The notes below the pieces were generated by a model. That model searched no databases. It saw only the letters and a list, made by a program, of their open reading frames with translations, and had not been told where the DNA came from. A stretch of 64,000 bases of DNA from a bacterium (GTDB taxonomy: Bacteria; SZUA-182; DTGQ01): NCBI GenBank assembly GCA_023512255.1, contig JAILZY010000003.1, positions 29,400-93,399 on the forward strand. Direction: 5' to 3'. The translations under genes and the position numbers were made by a program. This document shows positions 50,136 through 60,800 of this stretch, piece by piece; within the stretch, counting starts at the first letter, position 1, and each line of letters begins with the position of its first letter.

Positions 50136-51626
50136 ATGAAAAGAAATTATCCACTTCTCTTTATTTTCTGTCTTATTGGAGTCGGCATTTTCTTCTCGTG
50201 CGCAGATTCACAAGCTTTGATGAGGAAAGCCACCCTTTCTGATCTTATCAATAAGGCCGGGCATATCTGCTATGGGCAGGTTGTAGACCTCAAGAGTGAA
50301 TGGGATGAAAACATGACCTCTATCTCTACAATAGTCAGGCTATCAGTTTTTGAGAGGCTGAAGGGCTCCGCGGCTTCTGGCTCCCTCAGCTTCAAGGTAG
50401 AGGGAGGAGTTGTGGGAGAAATTGGCCAAAAGAATTCAAACAGTCCGCTCTTTTGGCCTAATGAGCGGGTGATTGTGTTTATTGATCCTCAATATCGGCT
50501 AGTTGATGAGTTTCAAGGTAAGTTTCAGGTACGGGATGGAGTTGTAGTTGAGCGAGGCTTGCTGCTCTCTGCCTTTTTGACAGAGATCAAGGATATTCTC
50601 TGTGGTAAGGGTGAGGGAAACTTCTTCCCTCGGGCTGCAGAGCGACTTTGGCCTGTTGACTCTGCTAGGAGCGATTATTCGATTTCCCCATATCGATGGT
50701 GTCAGGAAAATCCGATGGGAGAAGATTTTTACTTCCATCTCAGGACCACTGAAAACTATCGGGCTGCCTGCCTTGAGGCGGCCTTAACCTGGAATTCAAG
50801 TGGTGCTTGCTTTCAATTTTCCTATGGTGGTCTCACTCAAATCTCAGGGACTGTTTTTGACGGGGTCAATGTCATTTACTGGGATAGCCAATTGCCCGAC
50901 CAAACGCTGGCCCAGACTACTTACTGGTTCAATGCCTCAACCGGATGCATGCTTGAGGTTGACTGTGGGTTCAACGACCGGCTGGCTTGGAGCACTAACG
51001 GAGAGGAATCAGCCTATGATGTTCAGACTTGCATGCTTCACGAATTCGGGCACTATCTTTCCCTAGACCACAGTCAGGACCCCGCGGCTATTATGTATCC
51101 TTATTATTCAGGCATAAAAAGATCTTTGAGCGATGATGATAAGGCCGGAATTATCCGTATGTATGGAAGATGCGAGCCGGGAGAGGAGGAGCCAACCTGG
51201 GAGTATGTCTATCAGTTTTCATTAGTCTCACCTGACAATCTTGCCCTTCTCAGGGAGTATCGGGATCAGGTATTGCGCCGTTATCCGAATGGTAATGAGC
51301 AAATCAAGCGACTTTACTCTCAATCTCATGAATTAATGAGGGTATTGATTTCAAACCCTAGGCTTATTATTCAGGCCCGGCAGCTTATTGAGAAAAATCT
51401 GCCTGAAATCCAAAAAGTGGTCAATCATCAGGAGGCTGTTTTGCAGGACCAGGAGGCAGTCTATGCTTTTTTGGATAGTCTGGCCTCTGCTTCGGGTTCG
51501 GGATCATACATCAGGATGCGGGTTTGGCTCAATGGACTGAAGCGAGAGTTGAGACTGTGCCAGCGCACCGGCGGCAAATTCTACGGCCTGCGGGTCAGGA
51601 GGTTAGGGGCAAGGCACAGGTCTTAG
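50136..51626 (+). CDS. Matrixin-family (M10A) zinc metalloprotease lipoprotein
   Basis: Zinc-binding HEFGHYLSLDHS (HExxHxxGxxH-type) and the Met-turn AIMYP. Lipobox FFSC. The start is at 50136, after a ggagga RBS. Confidence 0.75.
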   Translation: MKRNYPLLFIFCLIGVGIFFSCADSQALMRKATLSDLINKAGHICYGQVVDLKSEWDENMTSISTIVRLSVFERLKGSAASGSLSFKVEGGVVGEIGQKNSNSPLFWPNERVIVFIDPQYRLVDEFQGKFQVRDGVVVERGLLLSAFLTEIKDILCGKGEGNFFPRAAERLWPVDSARSDYSISPYRWCQENPMGEDFYFHLRTTENYRAACLEAALTWNSSGACFQFSYGGLTQISGTVFDGVNVIYWDSQLPDQTLAQTTYWFNASTGCMLEVDCGFNDRLAWSTNGEESAYDVQTCMLHEFGHYLSLDHSQDPAAIMYPYYSGIKRSLSDDDKAGIIRMYGRCEPGEEEPTWEYVYQFSLVSPDNLALLREYRDQVLRRYPNGNEQIKRLYSQSHELMRVLISNPRLIIQARQLIEKNLPEIQKVVNHQEAVLQDQEAVYAFLDSLASASGSGSYIRMRVWLNGLKRELRLCQRTGGKFYGLRVRRLGARHRS

Positions 51627-52219
51627 TTAGGGTCTGTCCGAAATTGACTAACTTATTGACAATATTATGTTAATTAGTATTATTACAGGTAAGAGTTCGT
51701 AACCATTTGAAATAATTATTAATTTTTCATCTATTTCATCCGATTTTTAACGAGTTTCTGTTCACTTATATATATGTGTCTGTTACCTATATATTTGATT
51801 TTGCTCATTATAGGTGTAATCCCAAAAGTCATTTTTTCGGACAGACACTAGTTAGGGGCAAGGCAAAAGCTTTAGAAATAGGGAACTTGCGGCTGCGGTG
51901 GAGTAATAGGGTAGTGGGCAAATATCGGCAAAAAATTTTGATATTTCTCTTTACCTTGGGTTTTGATTTTGATATACTGATTTTTCAAAATAAAAATTCA
52001 GAGAAGATGATGATCTATAGGTCATCGATCAGGCTGGTCAGAACATTGACCGTCTAACCATACTTTTGTCCATATTTTCCATGAAAAAATCCGAAGTATA
52101 TAGTTCGAAATATTTTATGCCAAAATATTTTGTTTTGAATTAATTAAAAATTAATCCAAAAATATTTTAATAAATAGCTGGCAAGTTTTATTATTCAGAA
52201 GGGAAAAGGGGGAAATTTC

Positions 52220-52930
52220 ATGGAATTAAAGAGGGAGTTTTTTCCAAAGGTTAAAAAAACGGTCATGCCGAGACCAGAGGTCAGGCCGCAGACCGATGTC
52301 CTGGGGATATCAGGAACAGTTCGGGCTTCTGAGGCTACTATTTATGGCCCCAACTGGTATCATGATCCCGAACAGGATCTGATTGAAATTTGGGATGCTG
52401 GCCCAGCACTTTGTTTTCGGGATGTTCTGCCGAAAAAGGACAAATACGCCAAGGAAAATCTCTACCTTAAGCTTTCTCTTGCCTACCGGACTACGGAAAA
52501 TGCCTTTGTCAACATCCGCACCTTTTCTGGTAATCATGTTACCCTGCCAAACGCTGTGCATGGGGCTATGTATGAGGATCCATACACCTTTTACTGGGTT
52601 ACCGATGATTGCACTATTAACATTAATTCTATCTATCGCGATGAACGGATATGGATCCAGCGGGTCGATTGGGAATGGGTTAGTCGGGAAATTATTTACG
52701 ATGATGAGCTTTCGTATAAAGACCCCTATCTTTATCGGACTAAGGAAGAGGTGGATGCCCTGTATGTCCCCAAGCCGATCAATGATGATTTGGTCAAGGA
52801 ATTTCTGATAAAGAAGATAAAAGAGGATCATACCTTTGCCAAACGCTGTATGCTCTTGCTCAATGGAGATGCCCTGCTGCAGAATGATCTAGTTACTCTT
52901 TATCAGAATCTTGGCCTTCATTCAGATTGA
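52220..52930 (+). CDS. Hypothetical protein (236 aa)
   Basis: A long ORF in a plausible coding context; no recognised motif. Confidence 0.5.
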   Translation: MELKREFFPKVKKTVMPRPEVRPQTDVLGISGTVRASEATIYGPNWYHDPEQDLIEIWDAGPALCFRDVLPKKDKYAKENLYLKLSLAYRTTENAFVNIRTFSGNHVTLPNAVHGAMYEDPYTFYWVTDDCTININSIYRDERIWIQRVDWEWVSREIIYDDELSYKDPYLYRTKEEVDALYVPKPINDDLVKEFLIKKIKEDHTFAKRCMLLLNGDALLQNDLVTLYQNLGLHSD

Positions 52931-53061
52931 ATCAAAGCTGTTATTCATCCTTATTTCTCAACTCAGGGTCATGGTCAGGTGTGATGTTCAACCCTTAAAT
53001 CTTGCAGGTAGAGAAGAAAACATGAGCTTGTCCTCATCAACAGCAGGGGGGAAAATAGCGG

Positions 53062-54948
53062 ATGGATTCAAGCAAATTGCGGTCTATTCCTGAGCTGGAT
53101 CTTTATCTTTTCAATATAGGAGAACATCGCAGGATCCACAAATTTCTCGGAGCCCATCTGATTGAAGGAGGGGTCCGGTTTGCTGTCTGGGCGCCAAACG
53201 CCCAGCGGGTTTCAGTAGTAGGTAGCTTTAACAATTGGAATATTCACGCTCACCCTATGGAGCGACGAGGCGGCACAGGAGTCTGGGAGTTATTTATTCC
53301 GGGGCTTCATCATGGGATTTTTTATAAGTTTGCCATCCTAAAGCCTGAAGGAAGGTGGGAATTTCGGATAGATCCCTTTGCCCGATTCATACAAAATGAT
53401 GAAAACCGTACCCCGATTTTGACCGAGACCTACTATGAATTTAAGCACCCAAAGGTAATCTTGGCTGATAAGTTCAGCAGTCCCTTGAATATCTTTGAGG
53501 TTCACCCTTTATCTTGGCGGCATAGGGGTGGGCGGCCTCTCAGTTATCTTGAGCTGATTGATGAGCTGGTGCCCTATGTCAAATATATGGAATATACCCA
53601 TGTTGAACTTATGGGGATTTTAGAGCATCCCTATATCCCCTCTTGGGGATATCAGGTGATTGGATTTTATGCTCCCACCTCTCGGATGGGAACTCCTACG
53701 GAATTCAAACAGCTGATCGACGCTTTTCATCAAGCTGGGATTGGGGTGATCTTGGACATCGTCCTGGTTCATTTCCCCAAGGATGCCACCGGTCTTGCCT
53801 TTTACGATAATGATAGTCATCTGTTTGAGAGCCCGATTCCAGAGCGGAAAATGACTGCCTGGGATACTTTCTACTTTGATTTTGGCCGCAATGAGGTTAA
53901 AAGCTTTCTCATTTCCTGCCTTTTCCATTGGATTGAGGAATTTTATATCGATGGCTTTCGGTTCGATGCTGCCGGCCAATTTCATTATTATGAATTTTCT
54001 TCTGATCAGAAATACCGCGAATTTTTACAGCGATATGGAAACTGTCATAATCCAGAAGGGTTTCGGTTCATGCAATCCATGAACTGGGCAGTTAAGGAGG
54101 AGCATCCCGAGACGATTCTCATCGCTGAAGACTCAACCATTGCGAGCGGCGTCACCAGGCCGGTAGAGTATGGCGGTCATGGCTTTGATTATAAGTGGGA
54201 TTTAGGCTGTACCTCACACATGATGAAATATTTCCGCCGCCCTTATAGCCAGAGAAGCACTGTCTACGGAGACCTCACCTATCCCATGCTCTATCATCAT
54301 ACGGAAAATTTTATTCTTCCTCTCGCTCATGATGAAGTTGTTCATATGAAAAGGACCATGGTCAATAAAACAGAGGATCTTAGTGAATTTGAAAAATTTG
54401 CTAATCTCAGGCTACTCTACCTTTTGCAATTTGGCTATCCGCATAAAAAACTTCTGTTTATGGGCCAGGAATTCGGCCAGAAAAATGAATGGAATGAGCA
54501 GCAGCCCCTGTCTTGGGACTCTACCTGGGATCATCTCCACCGATCCATGCAATGGTTTGTCAAGCGGTTGAATGAGGTTTACAAATACATTCCGGCCATG
54601 CACGAAGGTGATAATATTCTGAATGGGTTCGAGTGGATCGAGTGTCAGAATTATCGACAGAATATCCTTGCCTTTATCCGTTATGATAAAAATTATCGTG
54701 ATTTTGTGGTCTATCTGATTAATCTTTCTAAAGAGTATTTTGAAGATTTTCGGCTTGGAGTCCCTTTTGCCGGTAAATACTACAAGGTGATCGACACCGA
54801 TGCTCAGGAGTTTGGAGGAAATGGTCATAACTGGATTAATGAATATGAGGCTGTAAATCAACCAGCCTTCCATCATCAGAATAGCTTTAGTACCAAGCTA
54901 CTTCCTTTGCATGGCATGATCTTTAAGTCTCTGGATGTCTGGCGGTGA
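53062..54948 (+). CDS. glgB: 1,4-alpha-glucan branching enzyme GlgB (GH13)
   Basis: FAVWAPNAQRVSVVGSFNNWN (CBM48) and the GH13 catalytic regions GFRFDAA and IAEDS. Confidence 0.9.
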   Translation: MDSSKLRSIPELDLYLFNIGEHRRIHKFLGAHLIEGGVRFAVWAPNAQRVSVVGSFNNWNIHAHPMERRGGTGVWELFIPGLHHGIFYKFAILKPEGRWEFRIDPFARFIQNDENRTPILTETYYEFKHPKVILADKFSSPLNIFEVHPLSWRHRGGRPLSYLELIDELVPYVKYMEYTHVELMGILEHPYIPSWGYQVIGFYAPTSRMGTPTEFKQLIDAFHQAGIGVILDIVLVHFPKDATGLAFYDNDSHLFESPIPERKMTAWDTFYFDFGRNEVKSFLISCLFHWIEEFYIDGFRFDAAGQFHYYEFSSDQKYREFLQRYGNCHNPEGFRFMQSMNWAVKEEHPETILIAEDSTIASGVTRPVEYGGHGFDYKWDLGCTSHMMKYFRRPYSQRSTVYGDLTYPMLYHHTENFILPLAHDEVVHMKRTMVNKTEDLSEFEKFANLRLLYLLQFGYPHKKLLFMGQEFGQKNEWNEQQPLSWDSTWDHLHRSMQWFVKRLNEVYKYIPAMHEGDNILNGFEWIECQNYRQNILAFIRYDKNYRDFVVYLINLSKEYFEDFRLGVPFAGKYYKVIDTDAQEFGGNGHNWINEYEAVNQPAFHHQNSFSTKLLPLHGMIFKSLDVWR

Positions 54949-55060
54949 ATTCTGCTGTTTTTTGGGAAACAAAAAACCGGAAGGAGAGCTTTTTGTTCAT
55001 CCTTCCGGTTTTTAAGGTGCATCAGAACTGAATCTACATCAGAACTGAATCATAACTGAA

Positions 55061-55771
55061 TCAGACAATGATCGGGACGGGATTGGCCAGTGATAAGCCA
55101 ACGGTACCGGTGTCGACTCTCAGATACAGAGGATCATGAATGGTATAGGTTCCGGTAATAAAGCTTGGAGAGGTGAGGGTACAGCTATAATCCACGGTAT
55201 AGGTAACCAGTTTAGCCAGGTCAAAATACGTGCCGGTCAGGGTGAATCCGGTAGCGCTGTTTAGGCCGGAGACACTGATCGGGACTGGAACAAGCTTGTT
55301 TAGGAGAAGCCCAGCGGTTCCAGATATGGTTAGCGTGCCTGGAGTATAGAGGAGCTGAAAATCAGCCGTCCCGCTGTTTAGGGTAACATAGCTTACCCAG
55401 GTACCGCTCCAGCTTCCAGTGGGGTTTGGCAAAGGAGGAATTATAGTTGTGGTTGTTAGCGGTGCCTGAGCCTGGCGGATCATCTGTCCTGAATCTATGC
55501 CTGGGGCAAGTCCATACAAGCCAGCCAGGCCGTATAAGCCCCCTAGGCCGTATAAGCCGGCCAGACCGCCGTAGAGGCCATATGGACTGAATGCACCACC
55601 ATATAAACCATAGCCTACTACCCCATATCCGTAATATGGGCTTGCTAAGCCAAATCCGCTAATACCTGCAAGCCCCCCACCGTAATACGCCGGGGCATTT
55701 TGGCTAATAGCCATAGACACTGCTAAAAGGAGAAAAAACATAAAAATTACTTTTGCTCTCACGAACCTCAT
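55061..55771 (-). CDS. Secreted Gly/Tyr-rich protein, paralog 1 (GLYG repeats + conserved ~115-aa C-terminal domain)
   Basis: Signal peptide, then a (G)GLYG/YGL low-complexity region, then LPNPTGSWSGTWVSY...SGTAGLLLNKLVPVPISVSGLN. It is homologous to the next gene. The start is at MRFVRAKV, after a gggagg RBS. Confidence 0.65.
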   Translation of the reverse strand: MRFVRAKVIFMFFLLLAVSMAISQNAPAYYGGGLAGISGFGLASPYYGYGVVGYGLYGGAFSPYGLYGGLAGLYGLGGLYGLAGLYGLAPGIDSGQMIRQAQAPLTTTTIIPPLPNPTGSWSGTWVSYVTLNSGTADFQLLYTPGTLTISGTAGLLLNKLVPVPISVSGLNSATGFTLTGTYFDLAKLVTYTVDYSCTLTSPSFITGTYTIHDPLYLRVDTGTVGLSLANPVPIIV

Positions 55772-55939
55772 AGTACATACCTCCCTTTTCCAAAACATCC
55801 CACAAACTAGAAGGAGGAGCAGGGAGCGAGGTTTATCACATCGCTTAAAGCCCCCAACCTTCGCCAAGAAAACAGCAGCTTAGGGTGAATTTATCTTCAC
55901 CTTACCCTTGTTTTAAAAGGGTAGCTTCTGGCCTTAGTC

Positions 55940-56872
55940 TCAGATGACCAGGCTTAAATTAAACTCACCCGCATCACTCTTGAGATATAGGGCATCATGG
56001 ATTAAATACGTTCCGGCGAGAAAAGATGGAGAAACCAAAGTGCAGGCATACTCAGCGTAGTAAGTTACCAGGCTAGTGGGGTCAAGATAGCTGCCGCTTA
56101 GAGTGAAGCCAGTCGCCGTGTTCAATCCAGAGACCGTAATGGGTAACGGTATCAGCTTGTTCAGCAAAAGCCCTGCGGTTCCAGAAACAGTTAGAGTCAA
56201 GGGGTTATAGGTAAGATTGAAATTGGCAATACCCCCTTTTAGGGTAATGTAGCTCAGCCAGGTGCCGCTCCAGGTACCGGTGGGATTTGGCAATGCCGGG
56301 ACAGCGGACACAGAGCTGGTAGAAGTCGAGGTTGTAGGCAGGGTCAGCCCCGAGCTGAGAAGTACTTGGGCTTCTCTGGACAGCGGATTAATACCTTCAC
56401 CTAAACCATATCTACCCAGCAGGCCGCCGTAGAGGCCGCCGTATAGACCACCGTAGAGACCATACAGGCTGCTCCCATAAAGACCATACAACCCGCCATA
56501 TAAGCTACTACCATAGAGGCCGCCATATAAACCATACAATCCGCCATATAGGCCGAGACTGCCGCCATATAGACCTAGCCCACCATACCCACCATACAGG
56601 CCACCGTACCCGCCATACAGGCCACCATACCCGCCATACAGGCCACCATATAGACCGCCGTATAGACCACCATAGAGACCGTACAACCCACCGTACAGCC
56701 CACTGCTGTAGTATACAGTTCCCAGGCTGGATCCGCTGCCTGTGATGCTACCGATGCCATAACCATATAGGCCGCCGCCATAGTAGCCTTGCGCACCTGT
56801 ACCATATAAAGCTAATGATATAACTAATGCCAGAAATACTGCCCAACGTGCTTTCTCTCTCAAAAGCCTCAT
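55940..56872 (-). CDS. Secreted Gly/Tyr-rich protein, paralog 2
   Basis: Long GGLYGGLYGGYGGLYG repeats. The C-terminal domain, LPNPTGTWSGTWLSY...SGTAGLLLNKLIPLPITVSGLN, is about 60 % identical to paralog 1. Confidence 0.65.
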   Translation of the reverse strand: MRLLREKARWAVFLALVISLALYGTGAQGYYGGGLYGYGIGSITGSGSSLGTVYYSSGLYGGLYGLYGGLYGGLYGGLYGGYGGLYGGYGGLYGGYGGLGLYGGSLGLYGGLYGLYGGLYGSSLYGGLYGLYGSSLYGLYGGLYGGLYGGLLGRYGLGEGINPLSREAQVLLSSGLTLPTTSTSTSSVSAVPALPNPTGTWSGTWLSYITLKGGIANFNLTYNPLTLTVSGTAGLLLNKLIPLPITVSGLNTATGFTLSGSYLDPTSLVTYYAEYACTLVSPSFLAGTYLIHDALYLKSDAGEFNLSLVI

Positions 56873-57804
56873 GCCCAAATTACTCCCTTCATTTTTGAAT
56901 ACGAAAAATACGCTCATACTTCAAGTTTCACTTTGAATCTCACAATTTCTCACCGTAATCTTCTCTACAATACGATTTCGCTCTCACCTCCTTCAGGTTT
57001 TTTCAAATGGGGTAATATTGGCCTTGAGCAGATCGCGGATCATAGATTGGTTTTATGGTCAATATACCCACTTCTAGCGGTCATATCCCATTAACCTGAA
57101 AATGATCAAGATGGGGAAACCAGAGGTCAACTAGGTCGAAGAATCAACTAGGTCAAACAAGAATGCAACCCGCGACGATCGGAAGGATTAACCGCAATTT
57201 CATAAATATCATACATTCATACATAATAAGCACATTCATACATAATAAGCAATTCATAAGCAATCACCACCACCAGGGGAAGTAACCAGTAAGTGCCCGA
57301 CCATCAAGGTTTATAACTTGACATAATGACGTAGCCCTGGACAAGTGAAATAATTATCCTGGCCAGGATGTTATAACCATTGATGTTATAACCAGTAATG
57401 GTTGGTCGCTTATGTGGTGTAAAACTTAATAAAAAAATTAAAGACTACGGTTTACCTCTCCCTGCTGATTGATTAAGAGTTTAGCGTTTATCTAAAAAAA
57501 CGACGCTGCAAGGTTAAAAAACCTTACGCTCTCTGTTTGTACTTTTTAGAGAAGGGATGATACAATTATTTAATGTCAGGAGATGATAGTAGGGTGTCAG
57601 GATATGATGATATTATTATATCCTGACATTATGATATAATATTTATTAATATTATAATTATAATATATTGATGTAATAATATCGCTAAATGGTTGATATG
57701 TTCAGAGTAATGTTGTCAACCTGATACCATTAAACTTCGCGGGGGCTGATCGGATGATCCCCAATCAAGCCCCCACTGAAACCCTAAGCTTAAACCCTAA
57801 ACGC

Positions 57805-60800
57805 CTACTTTACGGTTGACTGCTTAACCGATTGCATCGCCGGCTGCACAGTCTGCTGAGCTGGCTGCTGCTGGGCTAGCTGGGCTGGCTGAGCTGGAAC
57901 GGTGCTTGTCTGCTGGGTTGATTGGGCCACTGGCTGTTGCACGGGCTGCTGGGCCGGCTGTTCTAGCTGCTGCTGTCCAGGCTGCTGGATCGCCGGCTGC
58001 ACGGTTTGTTGAGCTGGCTGGGCTGGCTGAGCTGGCTGCTGCGCTTGCTGAGCTGGCTGCTGCGCTGGCTGGGCTGACTGCTGGGTTGATTGCTTTATCG
58101 GAGGATTAATCGGCGACTGCCCTGGCGGCGGAACAGGAGTGCGGGGTGGGGGAAGTACCCGATAGATGTAGTCAGCGCCAAAGAATTTGCAACTTATCCC
58201 CCGGTACTTGAATAAGCCATTCACTTCAAAATAGTCATCAATAGGAACCTCAGTAACCTTAGACCGGTTGAATCTGCAGATAGAGGTGTGCTCTACCCAA
58301 TCGTGGTTAATCTGATCTGCCACCGCTCCATCGGCAACTGCCTCATATATAGTTAGAGCATCATAAGGAGAGGGAAAGTGGATAAAAGCGACAAAAGTAG
58401 TTGCCCCTATTTTTTGAATCTCATCCTTGATCACTAGTTGATCTCCAGTCAGTCTAAGAACTACCTCAAACTGCACCGAGGCTGACCCCACATTGCCGCA
58501 CTCATCCGTGGCAACTACCGTGATTGTATTTTGTCCGACTAGCTCAGCCATATTGAGTGAAATTGGAGGGTGGGGACTAAGATAAATCGGTGCAGCCCCA
58601 TTATTGGAAAGCTTGACCACAACTTCTGGATCGGGGTCACAGTTATCAATCACAGTGTAATCGAGAGCGACTATGTCAGTGGTGAAATATTTCACTGCTA
58701 ACGGCTTGATAGTGACAGATGGACTTTCCTCATCAAGGACAGTTACCTTGAAGCTGCAAGTGGCTGTATTTCCATAACTATCCGTAGCTGTATAGGTTAC
58801 CAGGGTTCCTTGAGCACTGTCTTTGCATTCTGCAGGGAAGAAATCACCAGGCTTATGGGTGCTTTCTACGGTTACCGGACCACAATTGTCGCTAAAGACC
58901 GGTGGGGTCCAGGAAACCTTTGCACCGCATACCCCAGGCTCATTTCTGACGGTTATGTCAGTCGGACACCCGTTGATAATCATAGGCCCTATGGTATCCG
59001 AAACCGTTACTGTGAAACTACACTCTTGCTTATTCCCACAGTCATCTGTAGCTGTGTAGATAACTTTCGTCGTGCCGATGGGGAAAAAATCACCCGGCTC
59101 ATGGTTACTGGTTACGGTTACCGAGCCGCAATTGTCCCTAAAGGTTTGGGGAATCCAGAAAACTTTTGCCCCGCAGGCTTCAGGATCAGCACTTACAGTT
59201 ATATCATCCGGACAGCCGCTGACCATAGGCGCTTCCTTATCGAGCACTATAACTCTGAAGCTACAGCTTGCTTCATTCCCATACTCATCTCTGGCCGTGT
59301 AGGTAACTATGGTTCCTTTGGCCTCACTTTCGCATTCTGCGGGGAAGAAATCACCAGGATTATGGGTGCTGGTTACGGTTACCGGACCGCAATCGCCAAC
59401 AAAGGTTGGTGGGATCCAAAATACCTTTGCCCCGCACTCTCCAGCCTGGTTATTTACCGTGATGTCAGGCGGACAGGGTTCGATCGGCGTAATTAGACCA
59501 ATTCCTCCCCCTTCAACCGTTATATTAAATTCGCAAGGGGCGGCCTCATTGCCAGAGCTATCCTTGGCTGTGTAGATAACTTTAGTTGTTCCAACTGGAA
59601 AGGAGTCCCCAGGGACTACATTCTCCCGCTTTGTGCCGTCAGGATATATAGCAATGCTTGTTACGATTACCTGACAATTGTCCTTAAAGACAGGCGGAGT
59701 CCAGCTTACTGGAGACTCTTTTCCGCATATGCCACTTACATTGATATTACCTGGACAGTCGCTGATAAGTATAGGAGCAATTTTGTCCACCACCGTTACT
59801 GTAGCTGTGCAGGTGCTCTGATTGCCGCTGGTGTCAATGACGGTCAGGGTAACCAGATTGGGGCCAATATTGTCGCAGGTGAAGGTATCTGGGAAGACCT
59901 CCATTTTGGCAATGCCGCAATTGTCGGCTGAGCCATTATCTACATCCTGGGGGTTGATAGAGACCTGGCCGCTGGCATCAAGCTGCACGGTGATGTTCTT
60001 ACACCTGGCCTCAGGGGGAATGGGATCCACTACCGTTACTGTAGCTGTGCAGGTGCTCTGATTGCCGCTGGTATCAGTTACGGTCAGGATAACCAGATTG
60101 GGGCCAATATTGTCGCAGGTGAAGGTATCAGGGAAGACCTCCATTTTGGCAATACCGCAATTATCAGATGAGCCATTATCTACATCCTGGGGGTTGATTA
60201 TAGCCTTGCCGCTGGCATCAAGCTGCACGGTGATATCCTTGGCTATGCACAGGGATAGTTCGCTGTCTTTGACTGTAACAGTAAAGGTACAGCTTATCGG
60301 AATTCCGCAATTATCCACCGCTTCATAGGTAACTTCCGTTGTCCCAACCTCAAAGAAACTGCCAGGGTTATGGGTGCTAGTTACCTTCAGGCTGCAATCA
60401 TCGACAAATTTTGGTGGAGTCCAATCAACCCGCGCTCCACACTTTCCTGGTTCATTATCTTGGGGTGGGATGTTGGTCGGGCAATATTCAATGGATGGGC
60501 CATCGTTTACGATCGGTAGGGTAAAGGTGCACTCGGCGACGATTCCATCTACATCCTGAGCCGTGTAAGTAACTATAGGCCCTGTAGCACCACATTCTAT
60601 GGGAAATAGATCACCAGGCTTATGATTACTAATTACCGTCACCGGACCGCAGACACCAAAGTCTGGCTCAGGCCAGAATACTTGTGCCTTGCACTCTTCA
60701 GTAATCTTATTGATGGTGATATCAGATGGAGTTGGACAGTAGGGCAGGCAGCAGATGCGCCGCTCATCAGCTACGGTCGTGGGCGGAGTCTGATCAGAAG

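Noticed and set aside
59830-60300. Possible diversity-generating retroelement (VR/TR pair with A-linked differences) in the HYR gene
   Set aside because: Both copies are in-frame parts of the same ORF. No reverse transcriptase or accessory gene is present in the window, and the A-bias is on the non-coding strand. Tandem domain duplication explains it.
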